Positions 40,378 to 51,925 of a DNA stretch of 64,000 bases are shown here, in pieces. The number at the start of each line of letters is the position of its first letter. Position 1 is the stretch's first letter. The notes beneath the pieces are model-generated. The model made no database searches and had not been told where the DNA came from. It was given only the letters and a program-made list of their open reading frames with translations. The stretch comes from Dicyema japonicum. Lineage: Eukaryota > Animalia > Dicyemida. The position numbers and the translations under genes were made by a program. The stretch spans positions 246,028 through 310,027 of the forward strand of contig RDEW01000019.1 in the NCBI GenBank assembly GCA_011109175.1. The letters run 5' to 3'.

Positions 40378-41150
40378 CAGTGGTTCCCAACCTGGGGTTC
40401 CGAAATTTATTATAAATTATTTAATAATATTTTTTAATTATTAAAATATATTAAATATCCACCTTATCTTGTTTCTGTTTTGGTTTAGTTAGTTAATCAG
40501 TCAAATAAATAAGATTTTTACTGAGAAGCAATGATTGCTTAAGAGATTCAAAAAATATTGAATGCATCCACAATTATTTTAACTAAACATGTGAGTTACC
40601 TTGTGGAGAGGCAAACAATTGCCGAAAATTTTATAAAGCCATGTTCAAAAAAAGATCATCGAGTGTATTTATGGCGAACAAATTTTGATGGTCATCCGTA
40701 AATAAAAATAACATTACATGCTTTGCCGTTCTGCAGAGTATCTACGAATCAATATGCGCAATGGATGATAAATTACTCTAAGACATCAAAGATCATTTGG
40801 TAATTTTGGATGATAACATTGCGAAATATTTCCGGATAAATTTGATGATGATTGGCCACAAAATGCATTTCAGGTTAAATAATACCAGCAAATCTAACAT
40901 CAGTTGAATATGAAAATCTTATCGCTTTGACATCAGAATCAACGATTTATAAAATGAATCCCCTTTTAATTTTTTGAGAGCATACATTTCAAAATATCCT
41001 GATATGTAGTACACTATTACCTTTTCCTTGCGACTTACTTATGCGAGTCGGGGTTTTCAATATATACATCTGCCAAATCTTCCTTGACTTGAGGATACAG
41101 CTGTCAGCAATAACAACAATAACTTGAATTTTTGAATTGGTGGACCACAT
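40378..41150 (+). mobile_element. hAT (Charlie-like) remnant
   Basis: Left TIR CAGTGGTTCCCAACCT preceded by CGCTAGAC; dimerisation-domain LATYLCESGFS and DLRIQLS. Confidence 0.7.
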
Positions 41151-41699
41151 AAAGCCACGCTACTATAATACCTTAAGGTGTAGAGGTTAGAATGTAAAAT
41201 ATATTTTTAGCTTCGTTTGTCAACTAAAAAAATTATTCCATCAAATATGGTCAAAAAAATATAATTAATTTTTACTCAAAAATTATCTTATTTCAGTAAT
41301 TAATCGTGATATTGATTGACATGATTTTGACACATGATTTGTTGCTCGTTGTGCATGGTTGCTCACAGTGCGCGCGACATATTTTTTTCTTCACTGAGAT
41401 AATTTTTTTTTTATCGAGACAATTATTATCTAAGAAATTGAAAACGTACAATATTAATTTGTATTTTAATAAAAATTTTTTATTAATTTTTTTTAATTTG
41501 ACATAAAGTCGGTGAAAGTTTTAAATTTTAAAGTTTGTTTTTAGGTCAAAATTTTGAATTTATTCAATCAAAAAATCTTCCTAGTGGTGACTAGTGTCTA
41601 GTGTATTGATAAGCCTCTCGTGACCGTGCATTTCTTGCACATGTGCTTTGTGAGTCAATTCTTTTTATGGAAGAATGTCATGAAGATCGAAGCTAGCCA

Positions 41700-41900
41700 G
41701 AAAAGAACATTTAAAGCTACGGAGTGGTGAGTTTCCGGAAAAAAACTCTTCTCCTATTTTTCTGGAAGTTTTAATTTGTAACAACCGAAAAGCGTGCCTG
41801 TGAACCTATAAACATCCGATTCTATGCCCAATACGTGTTCGCGTGGGCAAGGGAGGAACATCGGGCCAAACAAAGATTGTGACATTTTGTCGAACCTTCA
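41700..41900 (+). mobile_element. Diverged family A LINE tail
   Basis: gctacggagtggtg...gtgggcaagggaggaacatcggg resembles 55530-55700. Confidence 0.5.
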
Positions 41901-42436
41901 TGTGAACGTGCATTTAAGAGAGTGCTTTGCCCTGACACATAATGTTGTCAACCTTTGTATGTAGGAACCAACATGTTCATCTCCCTTCCAGGTAGTCTGC
42001 TATCCAATTGAGGTAAGATGGAGCCACCTCACCACCGAAAAGTCTCAGTTCACCTCCAAGAAATAGCTAATGAAATGGCAACAGAATCCTGCCTATTCTT
42101 CTCATCAAATAATGATGGACCGAATAGTGTTCTAGTCGTAACTCCCCCACTTCCAGGTGACTTACATACGATGTCTTTGTTTCTGTTTCCGAATTATAAT
42201 TATTTCCATTGGCGTAATCAGTGGAATGGACGTTGTTCAGCATCTCCTAGTAAAGGTGGCTCAGATTATTAAATTTCCCAACAACCTGGACCTTGAAAAA
42301 ACTAGCAATGCCAAAGAACTAGCTCATGTAGACTCTGACTAGCTTGTCACCTGTACGGGTACTTGTTGGATTAAGTCCAGCCTCTATATTGCTGAAACTA
42401 TACAGAACTAAAAGACTTGACTGGTCTCCTAAGGAT

Positions 42437-43159
42437 CTACGACTGTAGTCTCTTTTGTGAATTTTTTAGCCAAGCAGAGACGAGGGAGTATACCTTGTAT
42501 CTTCTGTAGACATCTCGAAAATTTTGTATTACTGATTTATATTGTAGATTTTTTAATTTTATGTTTTTGGCACCCGTCTTCGCACTTTCCAAGGGCCCTT
42601 GTACTTGCAATAGAGTCTCAGCTTCCTTGGCTAGTAACATCGATCGGGAATTCCATCTCTGTTTCCCCCCACAACATACAAGCTCTGTCGAACTCTGCGC
42701 CCAAGATAAGTCCAGTTGTGTAGGATTTCTTAGACCAAGCGACAGCCCAATTCCACCGGTCTCACAGACAGCATATTGTCCACCCCAGTTTATCAAACTT
42801 GACGTTTAGTATTGACTTCGCTTAAGATTTCGTGTTCATAGACTAAGGCTGACTACGTCCCTACGATAGTTGTATCTTCCGGCAACGTTAGCTGTTAGTG
42901 GTTCGAATGTGGAGGATGCTGCTTTCTTTACAGTAAATCCAAGACGGCTCGACACAGTTTCGCGAGTGTTTCGCCACAAGACACCCTCCCTTACATTAGC
43001 AAGGACTTCCTCTTCCATCAGTTTTCGGTTCAACCTCTCCTTTGTGCTTAGAGTTTCCGGAAACAATTATTCCCGCGGAGATACTGGCTCAGCCTCGAAT
43101 TCCGAGGTTTGTTGTGCTAGCGTTGTCTTTTTAAGAACAATATATAAGAAATTGGCCAT
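42437..43159 (-). pseudogene. Decayed ~240-codon reading frame, unidentified
   Basis: ATG 43159 and the ORF-track pieces 42836-43066 and 42437-42796 are all in one frame, broken by three stops. Confidence 0.4.
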
Positions 43160-43364
43160 AAAGAGGAATAAGAGACTTTTATTGTGCCACTGATATCGAC
43201 ATTGGAATGATCGACGAAGGATGTGCTATTGAAGGAAGCTGTTTGCTTGAAAGTCGAATGATCAAATTGAAAAAAGGAAACTCCAAAACTATTTACTGCA
43301 AAGGAACTTTTAACTATAATATTTAATTTTTTATAATTAGTGTATCATTTAAATTTGTAAATTA

Positions 43365-43560
43365 CTTTATCGCCATGTGGTGCCATATGGTGCTATGTCG
43401 ATAATTGGTTGAAAATTTCTCAGCTAAGCTCTGATGGGGCCATTGATCCACCTTACAGAGGAGACGCCCAATGCTTGGCCGGAATTCAAAAGATCCAATT
43501 ATTCTTTCCACCGGGAGACAATTTCGTTCCCTGTCGACGAGTTCTGGAATTGACAACAGC
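43365..43560 (+). repeat. Family B/C copy (B variant)
   Basis: WCYVDNWLKI...DPPYRGDAQCLAGIQKIQLFFP. Confidence 0.65.
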
Positions 43561-43949
43561 TCCCCAAACTCCTCTATCACTGTTCTTGATTGAAGGTTCT
43601 GCTGGAACGCGTCAATATCAAGGAATGATCAATTTGCTTCCATTAAAAGTAGTAATCTTATTTTACATTATTTCAAAAAAAAAATTTATTACATAACAAA
43701 ACAATCAAAGTAATCCAGCTGAGGTAATTAATTGGCTGTTTCCCTGACAACTGCCAGATAAATCAGCCACTCGGTTTGAACACGTTCGTTAATGACTGTT
43801 AAAAAAGTTGCAGAAATGATAGTTAAGATTCAACAGATCTCTCTAATGCTGTAATAAAGTGTTGATCCATTTTATTATGTAAATAGTAAAAAACGCGGTT
43901 ATGGTCCATTTTGCTTGAAAAAACAAAACGATAGAGGAACCGATAACAC

Positions 43950-44500
43950 AGTCATGAGGATGCAAAAACCAGTTCCTTGATACTCTTCAAACTCGGAGTT
44001 GAATGCTCTTATTGCCCAAGCTTCAAATATTTTAAATGGTACAACTCGAAAGATATTAAAATTTTCTGTAATTGTTCGTCGTTCCTCGGGGACTCTCGTC
44101 AGAAGAACGAGTCCTTTTCTTTGTCTTTCTTCGACCTATAAGATGTGAGACTCCTAGCAAGAAAGAAAACATCCCACACTTGCCCCCTACAACCGTTGAC
44201 ATACGATCAGTTATTTCATCTTTTCCAGGGTGCAACAATGTTCTCACTGACCTTATTAACCAGCAATGGTTTCCGGTTGGCAGATCGGTTGGTGAGTGTT
44301 TTTTTCTTCAAGCTCAAAAATAACCAAGGCTAGAGACTTCAAATGTCACTTCAACGTCATTTTCCTTAACATATTATTGCGTGGCCTGAAACACTGATAT
44401 GCCTAATGGAGGTGAAAAGAGGAATCCCTCAGGGGTCGTCATTCTCCAGTCGCTTGTTGCGAATGTAAGGACTGGATTACATCCTCAAAAAACCAGATAA
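43950..44500 (+). mobile_element. Decayed RT of RLE-type (R2/NeSL-like) element
   Basis: FPGCNNVLTDLI, RDFK and EVKRGIPQGSSFS motifs. Confidence 0.45.
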
Positions 44501-45190
44501 TATCTCACCTAGAAGACAAGAGCAGCTATCAGGTTTTCGCTAAAGAGAGATGAGTAAGGAGCTCAATGCCGAAGAAAATGGCTTAATAGCGCAAAAACGG
44601 TGATACAGGACAAATGGCCTTTTTTATAAAGAAGAGTCGCGTCAAAAACTATAAAACTTCAGAATCCGTAAATAGGTGGAGGTGGATACCGGTGAAGAGT
44701 CCAAGTCATACGGTAGGAATTTTGGCAACTAACTCACCTCCCTCAACTAATCCCTTTGTTAATCCCTTAATACAAAATGCCTACCTTCCAAAGTTGTTAT
44801 CAGAGCTGTTTGTATCCTCTTGAGCTTATCCCAACTCAGCTAGGGATTGGGATTCCGTGTGGATGAGATGTCGCCATAACTAACTCAATTAAAGACCATC
44901 CCCAGTCAGGACCGCAGCTATATAACTGTTAATTTGAATAACAACTTTATCTACAACGATACTTAAGAAAGTGTGTCCCTTGATCCACCACAGTCGAGTC
45001 TTCTCGTGGGACCTACCCTAGGGGAATAATAAGGATCTCACCAAAATCGAAAACTCGTGAAATAAAATAATAATTTTCAGTTTTTAGATAATAAAATGTC
45101 TCATTGATGAATCAGAGTCTAATTAAAACATGGAGAGTTCACTGATACGTCGTTCATAGTGGAGTCCTTTAGTGTCCAGTACATTTCACA

Positions 45191-46416
45191 CTATAACCAA
45201 GTTCCGTTCTTGACCACCATTAGATCAGGCATGTCAAAGTCAAAAAGCTCCAGGACCGCATATGATAATTTGAATATACAAGCGGCCCACACTAACAATC
45301 TGAAACACCGTAATCTTATTGAAGTGTAATCATTTGCAAGCCTACTAACGGCTATTACGAAAACGCTCCAAAACGACAAATATAAAAACTGTAATCATTT
45401 TTTAAAGATTTCCCATGGTCCTTTTTGAAAACTTTTCAGGAAGGTATTTTCACTAAAAGGATTTTGCTCTGATAAAGAATCAGACTGCATTTCTAATAGT
45501 TCCATCACGCCGAATGCTTCGCCAAACACGTGGATGCACACATCTTGTAGGACAGTTGTTGTTTTGGAAACGTATGTAAGAGCGAGCTTAAAGTTTTGCA
45601 TATGAACGTCTTCTGACCATGTAGAACGCTCATAACCCCGACCTTTCAATTTGACGCCATTGACAGAAATCCAAACCTTTTCTATGCTGGTCTCAATTTA
45701 ATGCGGATTTTTTCTGTTCGGTACTAGTCCTGGGGTATAATCAGTCAATCTTCTATTTGAAGTGAAAAGCGTTTTAGCTAATTTTTCTGTACACGTGGTC
45801 ATTGTTTTCAGTCATTCCATTCAGCCGGTCAAGCACATGTAGCAAGCTGTCAAAAAAATTTTTTGATACAAGGAAGATAACGTCTTGAAAGGGTTAATGA
45901 ATTCGACTAGGAATTGATCGGTGGATACTCTCACAATAATGATCGAGATCAGCTTGAGGAACCATTTGATTTTGTAAACATCATGCTTTGTCAGTGTGAC
46001 TGGATGCAAAAAACTGAAAGTGAATGTTGCAGAAAAGATAAACATAGATTTGTGCAAAAAAGCATAACTACTAGCAGAATCAAAATATGACTCATTAGAT
46101 TGTATGCACTTGAGGATCACAAGATTGAAAAAGTGAACAACATTTTTAGAGTTATTCAAACAAAGCATGTTAGTAAGAGAAGAAATACTAAAGGCTCCTC
46201 GAGAAGTTTACTTTTCATATGACTGTAATGGAGACATCTGGAGCGATAAGTAGGATAAATTGTAACTCCGCCCAATGCCGCACCAATTTCGACTAAATCC
46301 TTTGCCGCACGCCTGCTTGTAAAGAGAAACGTGTTTGATACGCCTGATTTAGACCATTCAGTTTCAAGCCAAGTAGATCGGAATCCTATAAAATCAGTAT
46401 TTTTGTAGACTACCAA
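45191..46416 (-). pseudogene. Longest copy of unidentified family D (~400 codons, frameshifted)
   Basis: Four consecutive ORF-track pieces (46156-46416, 45821-46168, 45395-45649, 45191-45379) with paralogous fragments elsewhere in the window. Confidence 0.6.
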
Positions 46417-46499
46417 CTAAAAATAATTATGGCAAATAAGCGTAAATAAAAATATTTTCAAAAGAGCCTTAATTAAGTGTATCCAATTTCCACTTCTAC

Positions 46500-46795
46500 A
46501 AAAACAGAGTTCATCCGGAACTAGCATGAAAGGAGAAAGACGTCCATTACTTGCATTTGTAAAAACCCCTCCAGTGGAGTGAGGGAAGGCAAATGATCAT
46601 TTTTTCTTGCCGGCATGGAACTGGACGCCACATAGACAGTGGATCACATGACGCCACTCTAATAAGAGGGGAAATGGGAGAACAAACAAAACACGCCGAA
46701 AACTTGAACCAATTAGCCACGTAGCACCACATGGGCCACGTGGCGATATATAGAAGAGAGTGACAGATGATTTCGTAGTGAAAGGGGACATCCAA
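46500..46795 (-). repeat. Family B/C copy
   Basis: MWCYVANWFKF...VASCDP...LHWRGFYKCK/GRLSPFMLVPDELCFC. Confidence 0.7.
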
Positions 46796-47628
46796 TTGGA
46801 TTCCATAAAATCCAAATTACCGTAGCTTTCAGCAGCATACGTAAAGACAATTGAGTTTGTAGTATTAGTGCTACTTAGGTGGAGGTATATGACTCAGGGA
46901 GAGAACAGAACCCCCATGGAAACCCATTTGGAAGGTGCCTGAACCGTGAACTGCACGCCCTGATAGAAATTCAATGAAAAAATTTTGTTGGACAATAAAA
47001 CACGTGAGATTCGATCATAGCCTTGGTAAGGTCAATTGATGCAAGTACCCTCCTTTCAGGGGGAGAGGAGTTATTGAAACAGTCGGAAATGTATTTGACA
47101 AGGGTTGTCAGTTGGGTGGATGTGGAATAGAATGGGGGAAGCCATGCTATCCATTGGCGAACAGGGTGTGATTTGAAATTTCTTTCAAGAAGATTCTCTT
47201 CAAAATTTTGAAAACACAGACAGAAGGGAGATGGGCCTAAACAAGATTTCGACCTTATATAACCACTAATATAAGATTTTTATATGCACTCTCATAGAAT
47301 CATATGCACTCTCTGTATGCTTGTGGGATCACATGAACTCTCTTACAAGTATCTATAAGATGGTTGTCCCTGACCCGGAAAACTTACGTGTAATGTTGGT
47401 AGTCTTGAGTGAAAGTCTTCTATCTTTATTATCAACAAATAAGGGAAGAGTTAGATTTTTAAGTTATTTTTTTAAATATAAAATTGTGTCAATTAATTCA
47501 GAGTACTAATTTCCTTACCGTTAACCGTCAACTGAAATAGAGTAGGTACCCGAGTAGGTAACAATAAAAAATAATGTAACAAACCATTTGATTTACCAAT
47601 ATTGAAGCTGGTTAATTCAAATTGTTAG

Positions 47629-48889
47629 TCATACATGATTTTTAACAAATTTATGTTGTCTATAACTGTCGAGGTAGTCGTCGTCAAACTCATCAATAAG
47701 ATTCATTGACTTGAGTCGAATCCAATTTTCAAGACATTCTAGAGAAGACGGGTTATGTTCTGCATGAAATTTGTTGGCGAAAATAGCTTTACTATTGACA
47801 GCATATTGTAAATCCTCCGGTCCCAAAATACATACACGTCGAAAGTAGAAATTATGGCATTTATTCGGATACCATTGTTTGTAGCGATTTCCTATCTCTG
47901 ACCTAGACAGCAGAGGAAAGACGTGGGCTGAATATTAATATATATTACGTGACGGTGATCCTGGAACGTTCAAAACTCTGGAATTCAAATTCAGTGTAGG
48001 ATAAAATGTTTCATCGGGACAATATGTGCCTTCCAACCATTTAAGTAATTCAGAGGAAGTTTCATTTTTCAATACAAAGTGGACAAATCCTCGGCAGAAG
48101 ACACCATGTAAACCTGCCTTGTATAGTATAATTCCACGTCTAAACTTCTTGGCCTTATTTTTATATCTGCGTGACCTGAAAAAATCCCAAATCAACATAT
48201 ACGATAAAAATGTAGGATTCTCCATCCAATTAGACCCATTGAGTGCTAATGTTACTCTGACAATTTCATTATTTGATTTCAATGGGAATTCCTCCCCGTT
48301 AGATTTATTATGTATTTCCAGTCAGCCGAACTTTCGTAGAGTAATTCCATGCATTTTATTTCTGCGAGCAATGTAGTGATTGTCCCCACGTGACCTCATA
48401 TGTACTAATGACAATCACGTTTGGGAGACAACTCGTGAAACTTTTAATACTTTGTAGAAATTTTGAACCAGCTTTTCTGTCCACGTGGATACAGTAGTGG
48501 TTATTTGTTCGGTAAATTGTTCTGAGTAGTTGCTCTACCTGCTTCGAGTTTCTGTAAACAATCAAAAAGTAGGCCAGTGGATTAGCGCGCTCCTCTTGAG
48601 AGATTGGATATGAAAAATATCCACTTGATTTTGCGTGTTCAATGCAGTCGGTGACCAGAATATTATTCAAACGTGATTTGTCTTTTTCTTTCCTTAACTT
48701 TGAAATTACTTCTTGATTTCCTTTCAGTAGTAACTGACACGTCTTGTAGGTGATAATAAAAGGCACTTTCCTCTCAGTCATTTTGTAAGTCAAAAATATC
48801 AAAATAATAGTTATTAATAAAATCATAAACCTTTTATCTTTGATCAAAGAGATAAAAGATATAAACCTAATTTGTCGAATTTTCATCAC
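47629..48889 (-). CDS. GCNT: Core-2/I-branching beta-1,6-N-acetylglucosaminyltransferase (GT14) with one frameshift
   Basis: N-terminal TM; PLAYFLIVYR...LLRTIYRTNNHYCIHVDRKA; WKYIINLTGEEFPLKSNNEIV; PDETFYPTL; IFANKF. 21-nt intron 47928-47948; 1-nt frame break at ~48380-48388. Confidence 0.88.
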
Positions 48890-49029
48890 TCACCAATTTG
48901 ATTTGCTTAATGTTTTTGCGAACAAAATCTATTTATTGAACTAATTAATTTGAATGATATAAGGTTAACCAGTTTATAATAAATTTAATTATTAAATTTT
49001 AAAACAATTATTAAAATTATATTTAATAA

Positions 49030-49510
49030 TCAACAACCTTCCTCGCCTGCCTGTTCGCCAGCCCCCTCAGGCATGTTCGATTCTGGTTGCTGAAACAACT
49101 CCGAGAGCGCCTTGTCAAATTGAACCCTCTGCCCATATGGCATCTCCAGGCTCTGCCTCCCATACTCCAGTGTCAGGCTCTCTAGGGTCCGCTTTAATAC
49201 AGTGGACTGTAGTAGACCTGGAGCTTCCTATCTACCCCAACTGCTTCAGATAACCCTTGTGTGCTTTGTTGCAATTCCTTCCCACGTCATTACTATTCGA
49301 ATAACGACGACTTTGCAACCAAACATCTGCCCCATCTCGTTTGCAAGAAAGTCATACTTCGTTTTTTTCTCCACCTCCACAGTCTGCAAACGGTCTTGAG
49401 ACGTGATGCCAACCTCTATGATAAGGACTTGGCCAGACTCTTATCGTGTACCACAATGTCCGGGTTATTGTGTTGAACAGCACCGAGGTACGGATAACAC
49501 TGTTTTTCCG
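49030..49510 (-). mobile_element. Dong/R4-like RLE C-terminus
   Basis: IIEVGITSQDRLQTVEVEKKRKYDFLANEMG...MTWEGIATK...VLKRTLES. Confidence 0.85.
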
Positions 49511-49552
49511 AAAGATGGTTTTCAACTCGTGAGGCTTCGAGTCCTTCTGTAA

Positions 49553-51720
49553 TTAAGTGATCTCGAAGACCTCTATCAGATTTCTCATTTTCTCCTTGTG
49601 ATCCAACGCAACTTCTCTGTGGGCGGGGTGGTTTGGGAAATAGGAATTGGAGAGGGGTGATGTATACCCTTTTCACAAGACACGTCGTGACTGTGTATTG
49701 TTGAGAGATGCACTGCCTGCACAGGATAGCAAATCCCTTTCTATTTGTCGGATAAGGTCTTCAAGTGATGAGTGTACTAGTTTTTCCAGTTTCCCGAGAT
49801 TACTAATATAGTGGCTGTTAAGGCCTGAATGTCCCGGATTCTTTGTTTGCTCGTCCAGGACAGATTGATTCCCCATGACGTACAGGCATAGCTGAGATGG
49901 CTCAATGATTTATTTGTACAACAATTTCAAAGCTGGAAAGGGGTTTTAATGCTACCGAAAATAGTTTTGATTATCCCTAGCTTTCTTGAGCAACTTCCAG
50001 AGACATCGTCGACGTGAGATGAAAAGGACATGTGTGTATCGAAGGTGATCCCCAAGATTTTCAGTTTCTTCGTGAAAGGTATTTTTGTCTGGTTGATAAA
50101 TATATCCACTGTCATTTGTCCAAGTCGTTTGTCTGAGGTAAATAGGACGAAGAAGATATATCAAGCCGGTTATAATTTAGCCAAATTTGAATCTTGTGAA
50201 GGTATTCTTGTAGTCTTTCTGATGCCATAGGGAGATCTGATCGCGGGATCCGATTAATGAATCATCAGCATTGATAGGGAGAATCGTCTTTATTATCTGG
50301 TTGTGGTAAATCGGACATGTATAAGTTAAATAAGGCGGGTGATAAAGGGAACCTTGTGGACACCGTTGGGTAGTAATCATGATACTGATTTGGTCCCATC
50401 CATGTATAACTGGGCCCTTCTTTCATTGATGAAGTTAGAAATCCAAAGTTTTATATTGGGGTTGACGGAGAGGCCAAACAATTTCCGGTTAGGATTTTCC
50501 TTGAAACAGAGTCGAAGGCTTTCGTAAATCCATCGAGCAAACGACTTTTTTGAGGTGGCGAGATTTGTGTAAAGCCTTCAATGATAAATTAGTTGAGGGA
50601 AGTTAGGTGGGTAGAAGTTGAATGACCCATTCTGAATCCATGTTGTGAGGATGAAAAAGGAAGGGACGAGGTTATAAGATTAAGAATCACTTTTTCCAAT
50701 AATTTTGAGTGCATAGTAAGAAATTGGTCGAAATGATGCAGGATTGTTTTTAGGCTTCCCAGGCTTAAGGAAGGGACCTTATATAGGACAGTTTCCAGAT
50801 AGATGGAATTGTATTCATGTTTATTGAATAGCTAAAATCACTGTGATTGCATCAATAGGTCAAGGTGTTTTAGTAAACTACCAGGAATAAAATCTGGCCC
50901 ACATGAGCGGAAGAATTCATCCTCTTCAAACCCTCACTGACATCTGAATGTGAGATGCAGTTAATCGGCTGGGTTCTCTTTGGTCTTATTGAGGATAAAA
51001 AAGGCCCATCTATTTTTCTGAAATTTTCGTGGCTTATGTTGGCGTAATATTTCATAAGCTGTAAGACTGTGCTGATCCGTCTGTTGTCTGTCAACGTTTC
51101 CTTTTGGGCTAAATTGTTTAATTTTTCTCCATATATCGTCTTAGCAGATTTCTGAAATGGAATACTAGTTTCTCCAATTTATTGGCTTCGGCTATTGAAT
51201 GCTTTTAAATAATTCGTCATTGAGAGTTTTGTTTTATTTTTCTTTCCGGGAAGTAATGTTGAAAGTTGCGATTCCACTTGTAATTGGTATTCCAGATATT
51301 TCCGTGGTCCCATAGTTTATTAGTGATTGTAGTTTTGCTACGATGTCAGTAAATCGAATGTTATTTTTATAATGATGAGGAGACCCCCACCACGACGGTT
51401 CGAGTGGTCCAGGCAGATGCAGTGGTATCCTGGAAAATGTGGTGGGTAAGTCTGCTTTCTGAGGTAAAATCAGGTCAATATTCGGTTTTTTAATGAAAAC
51501 CGTAGTTTGAGAATTTTGCTTTTGATTCCGTTGATGTTTATCTGCAGAACTTAGAGTGGGGCCTGGATTAAAGAACAATGTCAACGACGAGAATTATCGA
51601 AAGCCCATTCAGCCGAGGGGATTAAGAAAGAGAAGAGGCTATCGTCCGAAGAGTCCTTCTTCTGATAAGAGGTAGTTAATGGTCCTTTTACGCGGTGCAT
51701 TAAGTGCACCCTGAGCGCCT
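49553..51720 (-). mobile_element. Family A LINE, near full span (degenerate 2A - APE - RT - EIT* end), decayed
   Basis: DIVL/NPGP at 51558-51582, LQININGIKSK, GFTQISPPQK, CPQGS, NADD, KILGITFD, HKEKMRNLIEVFEIT* (stop 49553). Confidence 0.85.
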
Positions 51721-51751
51721 CTAGAACTTTCATAACTGGTAGATCACATGA

Positions 51752-51858
51752 GGCCACGTTTATACTTTTTTAGTCCCAAAGGTCCTCCCCAATGACCGGT
51801 TTGAGACAAACCATAAATATATGGAGACCTTTGGGACTAAAAAAGTATAAACGTGGCT
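51752..51858. mobile_element. 107-bp MITE, PIF/Harbinger-like
   Basis: Perfect 32-bp inverted repeat GCCACGTTTATACTTTTTTAGTCCCAAAGGTC; GGCC..GTTT start; TGA/TTA flanks. Confidence 0.8.
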
Positions 51859-51925
51859 TTATTTGTGAAAATATTTAGTGGGTTTGCCACCATTTCACAT
51901 AATGAACTCCAAAATTATTATTATT

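Noticed and set aside
51600-51725. Possible HDV-like ribozyme at the 5' end of the 2A LINE (GGTGCA-CTTAA-TGCACC hairpin; CCCCTCGGCTGAATGGG resembles the HDV 3' end)
   Set aside because: Only a 4-bp P1 can be formed and there is no plausible P1.1/L3; the required nested double pseudoknot could not be built by eye.
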